From Neoechinorhynchus agilis (Eukaryota > Animalia > Acanthocephala), in the NCBI GenBank assembly GCA_051530055.1, contig CM121342.1:8633480-8697479 (forward strand): 64,000 bases of DNA, written 5' to 3'. The notes under the pieces are model-generated. The model was not told the DNA's origin, searched no databases, and saw nothing but the letters and a program-made list of their open reading frames with translations. A program made the position numbers and the translations under genes. Shown piece by piece: positions 10,082 to 22,013 of the stretch (positions within the stretch are counted from its first letter, which is position 1; each line of letters starts with the position of its first letter).

Positions 10082-10820
10082 ATGTGTGTTATGGGCACTG
10101 TTCCACAGTATATAATTATTTGCTTCAGTTGGCTTTCTGTAGGCCGATGTAGTAATTTTGTTTCATTTTTTCAATCAACACATCTAGAAACGGCAATCTT
10201 CCCTTTTCATCGGACCGGAGTACCGGAAATGCGCCCACAAACAAATTCTTGGCGTAAAAAAATCTTTATGATCATCAGGAAAAGCGGTCTGCCGATAAAA
10301 TGCCAATTTTATTTTCAACCTTCTGTGATGATAGGAAACCTCATTTCCCGGAAATACCAGGAGATGGAAAAGAGAGATGTTGTCTACAAAGTTTCCAACA
10401 GCAATTACATTCTACAAACATGCCGAAATCCAAATACGAGATTGGCAGAACAAAAACGGCCCGAGACGGAGAAGGTGGTATTGTCGAATATCGCCCTACG
10501 CGAGGTGCATACTGGGCAGTAGTCAATTTCGATAAAACAATGGTTTTAGCAAGTGAACGCAATAATTTTCGACGATTAATTAAGGAAGCCTTCTTAATCA
10601 AAGAACAGAAACCAGACATGAATGACCAATGAGGTTACAAACTCTGCCTTTATTGCTAACAAAATAAAACAACACTATCAGCCATAAGCGCGTGCGAGAA
10701 CCGAATAACCATTTAATCACTTGCATTTTAGAATTGATGCTGAACCCGGCGAGGTTCGAAACGTCTTTAATAAAAATTTATTTACCGAATGAAGACTTCT
10801 AGACAATAAATCTAAATCAC
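10082..10820 (+). mobile_element. Penelope-like element 3' fragment: RT C-terminus/GIY-YIG plus terminal repeat with hammerhead-like core at 10734-10770
   Basis: KRDVVYKV...YI.QT.RN..TRLAEQ..ALREVHTG / NFDKT.VLASERNNFRRLIKEAFLIK. Then uugaugc-U-GAACC..GGUUC-GAA-ACGU-C-uuuAAUAAA. Confidence 0.8.
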
Positions 10821-10894
10821 AGATGTATAAAGTTATTACTAATGTGCTTTCTGATTTAATCACAAATAGAAATCCTTATTATTTCTTGATTTTA

Positions 10895-11130
10895 AATCCT
10901 ATAATCTTCTTCTCGCTCGCGCATTTTTTCTCTCTCGAGAAGTTGCAGTTCCCTCGACAACCAATTCATCCGTTTTGATGCAATCCACCCATCGTTTCCT
11001 CGGCCTTCCTCGTCGGCGATTTCCCGTTATTTCCAGTTTCTCCATGCTGCGCAGTATGTGATCTGCTTTGCACTTCGAAACTTTATCGTGCCAACTTGCA
11101 CGTCGCATGTCCTATGGTTGATTCGGTTTT
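10895..11130 (-). mobile_element. RTE-like LINE extreme 3' fragment
   Basis: R.SWHDKV...LEITGNRRRGRPRKRWVDCIKTD is the typical RTE ORF C-terminus. Confidence 0.7.
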
Positions 11131-12157
11131 TTGGCTGTTATTTGGGTCAACATTTGGCAAGAATTTTACAGCCGGATGCCCTTCCTGACGTCAACCCTCC
11201 TCCTTTTTTAGCCGGGCTTGGGACCATCCCTTGCGAAGCTATTTTAAATCCTATAATCGATCGCTTGATTCGAAAATTTTCACTTATTGATCGTTTGTGT
11301 AAAAATCAAATGCTAATCTCATACTTTTAAATCCATTAGGTTGAAATTTACGAAGTTTTTAAAGATAGAATTCGATAGCTTCTGTCATTGTGCAGTATGC
11401 ATAAATCACCTTGCTATTTTTGATCTACAACAGCGATTTTCTGAAAAACTAGACTCCATATTTAGGCTGAGATGACTATTTAACCGTGAGGAAGGTAAAA
11501 CCGGATTGATAAAGAAGCCATTGTGAGTTGTTGAGTCTCGCCATAGTCCGAGAAAATGAATCTGTAAGGTTTTGAGAATAATGGCCTGTAATTTGCAAGG
11601 TCTATTTGAAAGTGAATAAGTTTTCCATCAAAATTCATCAACGACTCGGATTACAGAGAAACCATAACTAAAATTTATTTTGAGGTTGTAATGAAAAAGA
11701 TCCTATTGATGATTTATTCTTCTCAACGAATTAAATCCCTTATCCAATCGGTGAGCTTCGAAAATCAAAATGGCAAATTTTTTGATAATACAAATTCATT
11801 GGTAGTATTTACAACTCCATTTCATCAACGTTTCTGTCTTAATGAGATCGAAATTTAGGTAGTGACGCACTGTGTAAGCTAATTTCATAACACAAAGCAC
11901 AAGAAGTTGTAAACTAATTTCTTTGAACACGGTGTAAAGAATACTCATTCAAATTTGGGAATTTTTTGAGCTTTTAAAAATAAAATTTTGCCTCATTGGA
12001 TGATTGCATTCACAGCATTTGAAAAAAACGCTATAAATTAAACAAGTCGCAGTTTCAACTTTGATTCTAGATTCAAGCGCAATAAACTATATTTATAAAA
12101 TAATCAATTCTGGAAATTGTTAATCGTATTTTTTAGACAAGTCGACGTTAATCTTTT

Positions 12158-13689
12158 ATGATTCAAATTGTAACGGCTTATTCAATCTTAATGTCATATA
12201 ATCTCGATCAATCTTCGTTTAATGACTGCGATAAAAGTTTGAAGCGTCCAGTTTTAAATACAGGATTCGAGAACGGAAATTATTCAAGTGGTTGGATACA
12301 TTTTGATAGAAAAAAAGTGCTCATGGAAAGAAATTGCAGCATAAAAATGTACATATTTGTAAGGTGAAAACTATTTAAAAGACAAAAATATGTTATTTGC
12401 ATTCAGCATCAACAATCCTTGTCAAAATGTATCGACCTCTGATTTCTGTGTAATGCTTACTTTATGGAACAGTGGCGGCAATGAGAGTGAAACGGAACTT
12501 TTAAGTGTTTCTCCGGAAATTGTTGCACTTCGATTTCAAAACAAACAGCTAGAAACAAACAAGCAGGAGATTTATGTGTACGCGAGAAATAAAACGGGAC
12601 GAGTCATTCTGGAAGCCAATTCAAACGAAACATTTAAGTGAGTTCATTTCTGCTTCTTGTATCTTTTAACCCAAAAATAACCAGTCTCAAACCTGCTCGG
12701 ATATCGATATTGATTTACAAATCAGCATCATTGAACATCTTCACTGATGTAATCGGTTGGGGATACTTTGTAGTTTGGTCCGTCAGTTTTTATCCACAAA
12801 TATGGCTAAATTTTCAAAGGAAAAGGTAACTTTTTTTTAAAGTTTGTGAAATCTAAATTCAAATCTAAAACATTTTCATGCAGTGTCGTTGGACTTAATT
12901 TTGATTTTCTGGCTCTCAACATTCTCGGATTCTTGTCAATGTCTGTATTTAACGTTGGACTGTTCTTTATTGAACGCGTTCAGGTATTCGTCTCTAATTC
13001 GCATTGATGATCACCATTCCTTGAAAAGGAAATTTATTTCAATAAAAACCCAAATGAAACCGAACTTCCTCTTGCGCTCAATGATATCGTCTTCGCTCTT
13101 CACGCTCTTTTCGCTTGTCTGATCACCGCCGTTCAATGTTTAATCTACGAAGTTTGTCATGGCTTTCTTTTAGAAGTCTTTAGTCTATTTTTTTGAATAT
13201 AGCGCGGAGGTCAACGAGTATCGAAAATTGGGATTCTAATGATTGTGGCACTTTCTCTAATTCCTTTGATTACCATAATTGTCGAAGCAGCCGGAAAGAC
13301 GGACGTCGTCCAGGTTCTTTACATGTTTTCGTATGTTAAACTCATCATTACCGGAATAAAATACGTTCCACAAGTGAGTTTGTTTTAATCCGAATCATCC
13401 ACTCATTTTTATGAAGGCCTATTTCAATTTCAAAAGGAAAAGCACTGTCGGGTGGAGTATTGGAAATATTCTACTTGACATCACCGGATCCATTCTTAGT
13501 CTTTTACAACAGTCACTGATGGCATATAACTTTAATAGTATCGATATTATATTCGGAAATCCTGCCCGATTCGGACTAGCGACTTTATCAATGTCATTCG
13601 ACGTTTTATTCATAGTCCAACACTACTTTTTGTACAAAAATAGAGAAATTGAAGTTACAGTCAGCAACGGAGACGAAAGTAGTATGTAG
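12158..13689 (+). CDS. CTNS: Cystinosin paralog A (exons 12158-12363, 12407-12637, 12685-12825, 12884-12983, 13029-13151, 13203-13373, 13417-13689; start uncertain)
   Basis: [71 protein letters not shown]: two PQ loops. Six GT-AG introns of 43-58 nt keep the frame. Confidence 0.92.
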
Positions 13690-14394
13690 TTGATTGAAGT
13701 ATGAAAATGATTTCTAAGTAAAAGATTATTTCTTAATTCTGGGGGTAGCGAGGCTGCTCTAAGGGTGGGGTCAGGTTTTGAAATCGCCCATTGGCCCTAT
13801 AAGAGGGTTGGCCCTGTCCCTTCGAATGCGGCTGAGCGCTTCCGAAGTGCGTGAGGTAGCCGAGAGGCTCCAATGGATATATAGCCGAGAGGCTCCCAAA
13901 AGATATGCAGTGATGCCATGAGTGTATGCGATTTAAGATAAAGTATATGAAACATTGTTTGTATTTTAAGTTCTATTTAGCGTACGTTTTAGGAAAAGTT
14001 AAATCTCTAGTCTCATCTAGAAAAATACTAATGAGCGAGATCAATACAAAAATACCTTTTTAACTAGCTTTCTTATGAAAAAACACAATCGCATTCTGGG
14101 ACTTGATTTTCCGTCCGTGAACAGTGTCCATAAAAAACATATTTTATAAAGTAAGATAAATAAGTTTTAGATCTCTTAAGTTGGAATTAAATGACAATCT
14201 CTTAAGAATTATCCCACTCACTTTTTAACGGGTTGCTTATGCTTTTTCGCAAGAGGACGACAGCCCGAGTTTAGAATCAATTTTTTAAATTTTTTGTAAA
14301 CCAAGTGCGTTTTTATGAAATTTTATAATGTAGATAGGTACCTTTTATCTCCTGTCCATAAAATATCTTTATTCAAGGTTTGGTTTTACTTACT

Positions 14395-14940
14395 TTGCCG
14401 CCTCCACCACCGACGACACCGATGCCGTCCCCTCGCTTCGCTCGGAACTTGGATGCTAGACGGCAGTTTTGAAATCCCACCTCCTCCCATACTCAAATTT
14501 CAGAGTTACAAAAGGCCATCTCATCTTTTGCAAATGGTTTGGGTCACGGGCTTGATGGACTAAGGCCTCAGCACCTAAAGGACATGATGTTCTTTTCAAC
14601 TGGTGAAGCAGCTCTCTCTCTAGAAAGTGCGCTTTCTCGAATAGTCGACCGCCTGACTGGAGAGGACTTGAATCCCGTTGCAAAGGACCTATTTTTCGGA
14701 GCATCATTATGTGCCCTCACAAAAAAGAAGGTGGGATTCGTCCCATCGCCGTATCTTCGACGATACGTAGACTTGCAGGAAAAAATTCTCTGCAAACGTA
14801 TTACAGAGAAAACCGGACAGCAACTTCGTCCAGTCCAACTGGGCTGCTGCACATCCTGCGGGGCGGAAGCTATTGTCTACGCGCTCCCAAACTTTATTAC
14901 GAAGGGTTCAGAGGTGTGCGTGATTCTTAAGTGTGATCTA
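14395..14940 (+). mobile_element. CRE-like element fragment: 5' motif plus internally deleted RT N-terminal part
   Basis: DGLRPQHLKDM..FFGASLCALTKK.GGIRPIAV..QLRPVQLGCCTSCGAEAIV..VILKCD. The 5' motif is shared with 24502 and 27853. Confidence 0.8.
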
Positions 14941-15072
14941 GATTCCCTGCCGTTTTCCTGGGCCGGAGAGTTGAAGAATTTCTGTGCACCCAGAATTAAG
15001 CGATGGACAACGTGACTTGACCTGTTTCTAAGAACTCCCTCCGCCTTACATGATGAATAAATCTTGTTATTG
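14940..15072 (+). mobile_element. 3' stub of a LINE related to the 15157-17493 element
   Basis: LPFSWAGELKNFCAPRIKRW versus LSFSWGGELRIFCNSRLMRW at ~17350. Both end in acatgatgaataaatct(t)gt(t)attgt. Confidence 0.65.
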
Positions 15073-15156
15073 TACATTGCGTTACAGAAGTGGTAATCGA
15101 TATTGCACCTATGTAACGCGGCTCTCGCTCACAGCACGAGGATGATGTTGTGATGG

Positions 15157-17493
15157 ATGAAGATCAATCAACTTCGGAATTCGCGAAGAAACTTTGACTC
15201 GATGGCTCAGGAGAAGGTAGGCAATGTTTGGGTGTTGCAGTGGAATTGTGGGGGTGCGATCAACCTTTTTAAGCTCACTCGATATTTACCAGGAATATCC
15301 ATAGCTATCATTCAAGAGCCAAAAAGCGTTTTTAATATAGGGCAACTATATGTTCATCTACCCCTTTTAAAGTCTTCGGTTTTTACATCTTTCGTTCATC
15401 CTCCCTATGGACTTGCCACACAAGGCCTTATTCCCATTTTTCAATCTTCCCTTGTTCCCTCACTGAGGAATTGTCTTACAGTATTTTTAAAATACTTTTC
15501 AAAAATAACTCTCTCCCTTGCGAATATTTACAAGACAAAATCAAATGGCTCCTAGGGGCTAACATCAATCTTATTGTGGGAGATTTTAATGATCCATCCT
15601 TGAAATGGTCTCGAGCCATTGTTAACGCTGTCAATCCTTCCCATTCTCTTATCATGCCTAACAATCCTTCCTTTCACAATATTTCTACCAACAAACACTC
15701 CTTTTTGGATCTAGTAATATTGAAGAAAATTTTAAACCTTTCAATCGAATATGATCGCCAACTCTCCAATTTTGTCCTCTTAAGACATGACATCTTGATT
15801 TGGTCCATTGGTCCCTTTGACAGGCTGCGCAAAGTGTATCACTTATCCCCTTTAAATTTAGCGTTTTTTCGGTTAGTTTTCGAGAAAATTTTCTTACACT
15901 TAGGGTCTGATTGCAAGTTGTCAGATATTTTACCTTTAGCAAACTCCTTAGTTAATAAAGCCGCTAATTCCTTTTTATGTCACACCGTTAAAACCTTCTC
16001 TCGCCCTTATGTGAGCCGATCACTTGGTTTTCTTGGACACCAACTCTATGTAGCCCAACGCTCTGGGGATACCCTTCTATGCAAAACCCTATCAAGCCTT
16101 CCATGGGCTGCCCGTTGCCGACAGCGACAACGAAGGGATGCTGATTTTCTTGCTACACTCAAACCTTAATCTTTAAACTGGTGGCGCACCCTTTCTAATA
16201 AGGGTAAAGTACCTTGGAGATCAAAAATTACGGACCTCGGGACGAACATTTTCACCTTGCTTCCTAGGGAATGCATAATCCTCCTTGCAAAGGCTATGCT
16301 ATGCTGTTCGCCATACGAGTGGAGGGATATCAATGTTTCTAGACGAATTTTCTTGGTCAAAAATGGCAGGAAGGCTATTGTTGAACCAAAGGATGTTCGT
16401 CCAATCTCGCTTCAAAATCCTCTAGTTAGCACATATGAACGCGCCCTTGTAAATAGGTTGAGATCTTTCATTCATGAACATTATTGCATCTCTCCGAACT
16501 GTCATGGCTTACTAAAAGGGAAATCAGTTCATTCTGCCCTTGCAGAGGTTTACTCCAATTTTTCCTGTTCTAACCAGCCCATGCGAGCCATTCTTGCCGT
16601 GGACATTTCTCAAGCTTTTGATAAGATTTCTCTTTGTTTTATTATTGAAATGCTTGAATTTTTCAGGCTACCTCACAATTTAATAACACGTATCCACAAT
16701 ATTTTATTTACAAAATCTTTTTACTACGAAGACGACGCCTCAAAGACACTTTACTACCCGTCCAATGGTATTCCGCAGGGGTCGCCTCTGTCACCTATTC
16801 TTTTCCTTATGGCATCACAATACTTGATTCAGAATTTTAAAGTTCGGGCCTCGCTCACCTGCTACGCGGATGATTTTTTTGTCATCTCCACCCACAAAGC
16901 AGCTAGAATGAAACTCCTGATTAAGCAATGTATTGATTTTCTTAACTCCTTTTTACCTAAAATGAACTTATCGTTGAATAAGTCGAAATGTTTATGCATT
17001 TTTAAAATTCGCTCAAGCAGAATTAGGAAAGATTTAAAATCCTTTTTCAACAATTTAATGAACAACCCTGACACCACTTCTTCAGGTTTTACGAATACAC
17101 CCCTTAAAATTAAAATATTGGGTCACACCTTTACTGCTAATCTCTCGCCTAGATTAGATTTGAATAAAATGAAAAAATGCTCACTTTAGCATCGAAAAAG
17201 ACGAAGCGCGCCGTTACTCTCGGGTTGAACGCTAATCAATGCCAAACTATTTACAAAAGCTGGAGCATTCCTGGCCTGGTCTTTTTTCTCGAGGTCGCCC
17301 CCGGAACAAAAGGCTTTAATCATCAAAACGTTCTGCGATAACCTTAATACCCTGTCTTTCTCCTGGGGCGGAGAATTGAGAATCTTCTGCAACAGTAGAC
17401 TTATGAGATGGTCTAGTTGAACGATACTGATTAGTTTCTTGTTTTTGGTTTTTCTTCTCATACTGCCACATGATGAATAAATCTGTATTGTTA
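15157..17493 (+). mobile_element. Compact APE + RT non-LTR retrotransposon, frameshifted; clade unassigned
   Basis: APE motifs: VLQWNCGG, IIQEP, IVGDFNDP..W, PSFHN..SFLDLV. RT motifs: RPISLQ, AVDISQAFD, GIPQGSPLSPILF, YADDF. A 3' aataaa is present. Confidence 0.88.
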
Positions 17494-17903
17494 AGTGGTT
17501 TTCTGCTCCCAATGGTGGCGAATTGCAGCCAAGAAAAGTTTCGTTCCCTGGAAGAGGGCGGCTGGCGCCTGGATTAAAGATGCTGGGCTCTCCAAAGTGG
17601 TGTCGGAGTTATGCAGGGAACATTCTGTTGGCTCTTCGAACACACCAGTATATCCAGAATTCTTGCCCATCCAACGCCGTAGAGTGGATCTTTCTGCCAA
17701 TCAGATAATTAAGGTCTGGCGGTCCAAAAATCTCTCGTCTTCAAATAGGAATTCAGCTTCCTTCAAGGCCTGTCAGTTTAGCAAAAATCCTGGTACGAGC
17801 TCGGCCACAACAGTGGTCGTCGATTAACCTTGCCAAACGCATTTTCCTGGGTTTTTTTAATAAATAATCTTTTTATTGTTTCTTCTTAAAGGACAATTTT
17901 AGA

Positions 17904-18040
17904 TTAAATCGTCCCCCGGACGCTGACCGCATTTCCTCGTTGGATTGCGAGGCTTATTCTTTGGATCAGGAAAATCCTCTCGCGTCGCTCCCCTGTTTGT
18001 GCTGCAAGTCGTCGTCCGAGTTCGGCACAAAAGCTGTTAG
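17904..18040 (-). mobile_element. CRE-like extreme 3' fragment fused to a Gypsy remnant
   Basis: ELGRRLAAQTGERRE..FLIQRISLAIQRGNA. Confidence 0.7.
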
Positions 18041-18049
18041 AAGTATCAA

Positions 18050-19720
18050 ATTCTTCATTAGCACTCTGATTAAGTGAGTGTCGGGCCAGGTCTTTGGTCG
18101 AGACTACACCTTCCTTGCCACCTGTGTACTGGACGAGTGCATTATGAGGATTTATACTTTTTATTGTAGCTTCTTCCACTTTATCATCGTTCTTGAGCGT
18201 CGTATTGAATTTCCTGACATAAACAGGTCCTGGTTTAATCCAAGTCGGCAAGGTGAATTTAAGCATAGGTTTTCTTTTATATTGAAAAACTCGATCATGG
18301 GGGGTTTCTCCAGTAGCAGCGCTTATTAGCATCCTTAATGAAGTTAATACTTCAGACAGTATCGTCTCCCACTCTGATGACAGCGTTCCACACTATTCCA
18401 TTGAAACGTTCTACCTGTCCATTTCCGATTGGATGATATGGACTAGAATGACTGCACGATGTCCCGATTCCCATAAGATTCTCCCGAAATTTGTCTGACA
18501 TGAATGAAGAAGCTCTATCCTAATGGATGAAGTCCGGAGCGCCGAACAAGGAGACGATTGACTTTATACATGATATTGCACATTCCGATGATGTATCTCT
18601 ACATGCAAAAGGATATCGACTGTATTCGTCTATCGCCATAAACAAATAAGATCTCCCAGTTCGTGTAGGTAGAGGTTCCTTAAAGTCTATAGCAATGCGT
18701 TCGAAAGGCCGCCTTGATTGAACCAGAGTGCCCAGATCGCTCTTAAAAAAGGTCGGCTTCAGTTGCGAACAAATATCACACTTCGTCACGATCGAACGTA
18801 CATCTTCGACGGAGTATGGCAGACTGATCTTGCACGTATCGATAAAGACGAGTTATTCCCGGATGACAAAGAGCTCCGTGAATTTCACTCAACGTATTCA
18901 AATCTTTGACTGCGGTAGTGTATCCTGAAGCACACACATCTCTCGATAGCACATCTGCAACGATATTCTTTGAGCCTGCTCTATACACAATATTAAACTT
19001 GAATTCAGACAGCTCCAATCGCCAGCGAATTACTTTTTCGCTCTTTATTTTGCTACGATGCTGACAATCGAATACAAATGAGATTGAGCGTTGGTCCGTG
19101 ATTATTGTGAATACCCGTCCTGATAGGTAATGACGCCAATATTTGAGTGATTGGACAATAGCCAAAGGTTCTTTTTCAACCGATCATTGATTTTTGTTTA
19201 GAGATCGAGAAAAAAGCTACCGGACATCCATCTTGACTCAAAACTGCACCGATTGCTGATTCAGAAGCATCCGTTTCTACGGTAAACGCCATTGAAAAAT
19301 CTATAGTCGTCAGCGTGGATTCTATAATCTTAGTGCGCAGCGCGTCTAATGACCTCACGTGGCTTCCTTCGAGAGGAAAGGTTTCTACCCTAACCAGGGG
19401 TTGTATGTGAACTGAAAAGTTCTTACGCCATTTCGCATAATGGGAAAATAATCCAACGATTCGTCTTAACTCCTGCACATTCTGTGGTACTTTCAGATCC
19501 CGCAGAGCCTTAACTCTTTCCGGATCGGGACGTTTTAGTCCGTTCTTGATTTCATAGCCCAATATGCGTATCTTGTGAATCCCGTAAACACTTTTAACCT
19601 TGTTCAGCGTTATCCGCAACTTTTGAGCAACAGTCTGAAAATTGGCGACCGAATGATAACATCGTCCAAATAAGCATTGGTCCCGAGGAGTTTTTCTTTT
19701 CTGATAATATCATCGATTGC
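18050..19720 (-). mobile_element. Ty3/Gypsy pol (RT-RNaseH-integrase), degenerate
   Basis: YLDDVII, ETDASESAIGAVLSQ..PVAFFS, IITDQRSI, IVYRAGSKNIVADVLSR, HGALCHPG, RIAIDFK, DEYSRYPFA, FIH.DR; several frameshifts. Confidence 0.92.
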
Positions 19721-19874
19721 ACGTAAACGCCATTGAAAAATCTCTAAAGTCGAATATTTAATAGAATTTTAAACATGAGCTCCCGCGAACAGAGAAAGCT
19801 GATCAAAACATTGACGAGAGGAAAATCGAATTGTTCACGAGGCTGTCGTCAAATGACTTCACTTGACAATTTGA

Positions 19875-19958
19875 GTGACGTCATCAACAAATTTTTTGAC
19901 ATCATCAAAAATTCGGGTGACGTCACCAAAATTTTTTGTTACGTCATCAAAAAAAAGG
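19875..19958. repeat. Short ~21-bp tandem repeat, 4 copies
   Basis: gtgacgtcatcaacaaatttt / ttgacatcatcaaaaattcgg / gtgacgtcaccaaaattttt / gttacgtcatcaaaaaaa. Confidence 0.7.
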
Positions 19959-19959
19959 A

Positions 19960-21490
19960 GAGCAGCAAGGAGATAATCTCGGTCTAATTGCATTCTCCCT
20001 AACAGTAAATCCAATAGCGCACTCTCTCCATTCCAACTTCAACGCTTGGTACTTGGATGACGCTACGCTTGGAGGTGATCCCTCCGTTGTATTGCCTGAT
20101 TTGGAGACGCTGATTAGGGAGACCTCGAGAACAGGCATTGAGCTCAATGCTGGAAAGTGTTAGCTTCTAGTATTAATTTTCGAAGACGCCGCAAAGTCAA
20201 AGAGCTAATGTATGGGTTTGAGGCCGTAGCTCCAGGTCTGAAACTCGTGACTGCAGAGCAACTCAGCCTCCAGGGCAATTGCGTCTTTGATTCAAATGTG
20301 GAAGCTGGTATCGGCCGTATCATACCGAAACGTTCGTTGCTGTGCGATAAGGTGAGCGCTCTCTCGGCTCACGAAGCGTTATTTCTGATAAAGAACGCAC
20401 TTTTTATCCCTAAATTGTTAGCAACATTCTTCAAACATAAGGAAGGATTGGCTAAGCTCGACGACAAGTTGAGGGCTTGTCTCGAGCGTATTTTAAATGT
20501 CCAGCTCTCAGATGATTCGTGGCAACAAGCTTCATTGCCTGTGTCATCTGGGGATTGGGCATTCGGGCGCTAGAAGACGGTGCCTTGCCAGCCTTTCTTG
20601 GATCGTATGAGGGGAGTCAACCAATAGTGAAGAAAATTCTGAGACAAAAGTTTTGTCTCGGCCAAGACTTTTTGGTGGCAGTTGAAGGATTTTGCCAGCA
20701 GACAGGCGCTAGCCATGTTCCCTTGAATGGCTTCAGACAGTCGATCTGGGACAGACCTCTCGTCGCGAGAGCTCACATCTCTCTATTTTCAGGTTCTCGC
20801 GATGGGGTCGTCCGAGATAAGGTAACGAGGATAGCAGTGTCCTTATGGCTTGGTCTCCCGATATGCACGCCCCATCGCTGTCGATGTGGGTCTTTGGTTG
20901 ATGCTTTCGGGCGACACGGTCTCGTTTGCCGAAAGTCAGGAGGAAGGTTCTCGCGCAATCCTGAGATCAAAACGGAAATTTCTGGGGCGTTGAGAACGGC
21001 GAACTTCCACAACATCTTGGAACCCGCCCATCTTTGTCGACTAGACGGTCGTCGGCCTGACGGAATTTCAGTTTTTCCGTGGCGGGAGGGCAAATGCCTT
21101 CTCTGGGACGCCACGTCTGTGGACACCCTCGCAGTAAGCAACATTCCTTACTCTCTCGAAATCGCTGGAGGTGCAGCCATTGCAGCGGAATGGAGAAAAG
21201 GTACGAAAATATAGGGATTTAGCAAAGGCCCACTATTTTGTCCCCTTCGGAGTAGAGACGTATGGAACGCTTGGCAGCTCGGCACTCACTATGCTCCAGG
21301 ATCGCTCGAAGAAATTGAGAGAAACGGCCGGCGATGCACGAGCAGGTGTATTCGTGCGACCAAATATCTCGCTCGCAGTACAACGAGGCAATGCTGCTAG
21401 CGTGATTGAGACAGCCGAGGAAGGAGAGAAGCTTTAATTTCGTGAACGGTGGTGATTGCACGTTTTGTGTTTTATTATTGTAAAACTTAT
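19960..21490 (+). mobile_element. CRE-like retrotransposon, 3' half (RT YLDD to RLE), frameshifted
   Basis: QQGDNLG...AWYLDDATLGG, QASLPV..GLGIR, CRCG..HGLVC, RRPDGISVFPWREGKCLLWDAT.VDT, QRGNAAS, plus a 3' UTR. Confidence 0.9.
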
Positions 21491-22013
21491 TGTATTTGTC
21501 TTACAACAATTGGATCACTGATTTAGAATTTCTAAGTTTTTAATGATTAATAACAAATGGTTTAGTTTCTCTTTTAACAAACGGTTAACATATGATCTTC
21601 TTGAAAGTCAGAGAAGAACAAAACAATATTAAGCGATCTGCAATTGAAGGAATTTATACAAATCGCACAAAACATGATGTAGAGAAGGATTTACGGATTT
21701 TTCAGCAACTATTGGCTTTCCTTTTCGAATTAATTGTTTGTGGGATAGATGGAAGGAGTGCCTTCTTGGGAGTTTTGATATCGGTCCTAAACACGGGCAC
21801 TCCACTTTTCCCAATTGAAAATAAAGCAAACACAACGACATTGCAGGATCCTAACCGAGTGACTTTAATCACGTGTACAGCTGTAATAATAAATATACGA
21901 AATCGTTAGTATTTCGGGCAACTACATAGAACACACTCAATACTTTTGTTTTAAAATTTATTAAGTTGGTAAATGGAAATGACAAGTATGAAATGAACGT
22001 AAAATCTTAATAT

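Noticed and set aside
17491-17830. Overlapping ORFs as a host gene
   Set aside because: Sandwiched between TE fragments with no recognisable motif; probably TE debris, left unassigned.
19280-19743. 21-bp direct repeat gtaaacgccattgaaaaatct as LTR or TSD
   Set aside because: One copy lies inside the Gypsy RNaseH coding region; more likely a templated filler at the truncation point.
21592-21909. 105-aa ORF as a gene
   Set aside because: No motifs, no supporting splice structure, and competing frames on both strands are equally unconvincing.
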